Below, one piece after another: positions 62,104 through 64,000 of a DNA stretch of 64,000 nt. The position numbers were made by a program, and so were the translations under genes. Origin of the DNA: Paraphysomonas bandaiensis. Taxonomy: Eukaryota > Protista > Chrysophyceae. The DNA is taken from positions 186,001-250,000 of the forward strand of contig CBFFRP010000357.1 of assembly GCA_965644295.1 (NCBI GenBank). The letters are read 5' to 3'. The stretch's first letter is position 1; the number at the start of each line of letters is the position of its first letter. The notes under the pieces were generated by a model, which ran no database searches, was not told where the DNA came from, and worked only from the letters and a program-made list of their open reading frames with translations.

Positions 62104-64000
62104 TTACTGGTTTGATCTACAGGTCAGAACGGAAGAATTTTTTCGCGAACAGGTGCGACACGATGCTGGCATAGATTTACTCAACAATTTATACAAATAT
62201 TGTTGAGTTAATCTAATACAATATTCATTCCCTGCCATTAATATTTTCATTTTCATTGAAACCATATTTTGCAGTTTCATACTCGAAACCATACTCGGGA
62301 AGACATATAACTACTAGAAAATAAATTTAGAAAGGAAAATTTTTTAGTTATAGGGCTGAGCCCAAACGAAAATCGGCATCACATATCTACACATTGATGT
62401 AAAGTGTAATACATTTCTCACCCAAGAAAACACACTCAATGATCACTTTTATTTTGGGAAAAAAACTTTTTCACGTCCCCATTTCCACCATCGGTAGCCA
62501 TGTCATATTCTCTATTGAAGTAGTCAACTGAAGTTTTCAGATTCATGAAGGTAATATTCAGCTCGTTTTGTAATTCTCTTAGCTTCCGCCAGAATAGAGT
62601 TCTACCTGTGAGAACTCTATCTCCCTGATAAAGCAAGTACAAAATAAAAAGATGTCGGGAATACGGCAACTATTCCCACCAATGTCAAATACATAACATA
62701 TTTTAATGGAAGTTGGAATCACATTACTAATAAATACAAACCTCATTCCAGTTTCCTTTGTGAGTAGCCCAAAACGCATACGTTACTGTGTTCTTTGGCA
62801 CATCCATGCCAACACAATACCATTCGAATTCCTATTACAAAGAAATAAGAGATGTCACATAGTTACTATATATGTTGTACATACGATGGGAAATCAGTAC
62901 CTACACAACCTACCTTCCAGTATTTGGGATGTTCCACGAGGAAGTAATGCTCCAGTCGCCCAATAAATTCATCGATACGATCCTGTGATACAAAAGCCAA
63001 TGGCATTTACAACTCATGTCGTACATCACACACAAGACCACAGTGACACATAAAACGTATACCCAATAGTCAAAAAGCTCGAATATCATTCAATTAAAAT
63101 TTAACAAGTAGCCATATATTCCCACCTCTGATACAGCATCTGGTCCAGAATTACAAAAATCCATCGATATATCAAATACAGCATTCTTACTGTCATTTAG
63201 ATTGATCACATTCGAATGGAACAATAGATGGTTGGGAATATTCAGCTGCAACCAAAAATCAGAACGTACTATTGTCACAGTGCTAGAAATAACTTACTTT
63301 TTCGTGGACTGGGGTAATTACGGTGGTATACATCAGCGTAATTGATGATACTGTCCCCAATACACCTGTCTTGCGGCTGTTGCCGATTACAATTTTATTC
63401 CCTACATCATAGGGGATGACGAATATAACGTATGACATAGAGAGGAACACGTTGCTTATCATTGGCCCAATTGCAAATGATACACCGAAGAGTATAGTAA
63501 GCAAAGGAGCGATTAGATTGAGTGTATTAAGCTCCAAGATAATTTGCCCCACCAAAAACATTATCACCCAGAACACTACATTGGCAATATTCAGGACAGA
63601 CTGATGCAAAACTTGAAGATCAGTAAGAGAGGCAGAGCTGAACCTAACCTCCTTGTACACAGTCACCAAGGCATCCACCACTTTATCCTCTGTAACAGTA
63701 TCCGTTTCCTTATCTTCCGTACAGAACAACTTCAGTGTGGTTGCTATATAATCCTTAATTGTCTCTTCATCCAAATCGCCAAAGTAACTCCGAACCGCAT
63801 TCACCAAAGCCCTTCCACTGATAACTTTTTCTGATGACCGGCGTGTTCGGTTGGTCATACCAGTCTGCATATGCATGTGAAGTCTCCGCCCGAAGAACTT
63901 CGCATGATTAGTTTTTCGAATTTTTACCACGCCGCTGCATGTTGTTACAGTCAGGGCACCAGATTGTAGCGCATGCACGCGCTTCCAGAATGACTTGTGA
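62104..64000 (-). CDS. MscS-family mechanosensitive channel, 3' part (runs off the window)
   Basis: TM hairpin then SFAIG..SNVFLS..IPYDVGNKIVI, ITLMYT, IPNHLL; multiple introns. Confidence 0.85.

Overview
AT-rich eukaryotic nuclear DNA with short GT-AG introns and the standard code. The gene content (ODA-DC2, CFAP97-like, RAP-repeat, SGNH-like) fits a flagellated protist, probably a stramenopile such as a chrysophyte; the lineage is an inference. There are about 19 host genes, mostly in head-to-head pairs with (TACA)n/(TATG)n tracts upstream of their 5' ends. Mobile DNA is abundant: two 5'-truncated RNase-H LINE copies with TSDs, three hAT derivatives, a pogo relic, MULE ends, a 1.3-kb inverted duplication, and a long-TIR DD34E Tc1/IS630 element carrying a second, convergent, intron-containing gene. 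The standout is a circularly permuted tRNA-Arg(CCT) gene at 37730-37808 (minus strand): the 3' half lies upstream of the 5' half, the split is at position 37/38, the flanks form a BHB splice motif, and an oligo-T terminator follows. An in-frame ArsC/enoyl-CoA hydratase fusion and a gustatory-receptor-like membrane protein are also notable.
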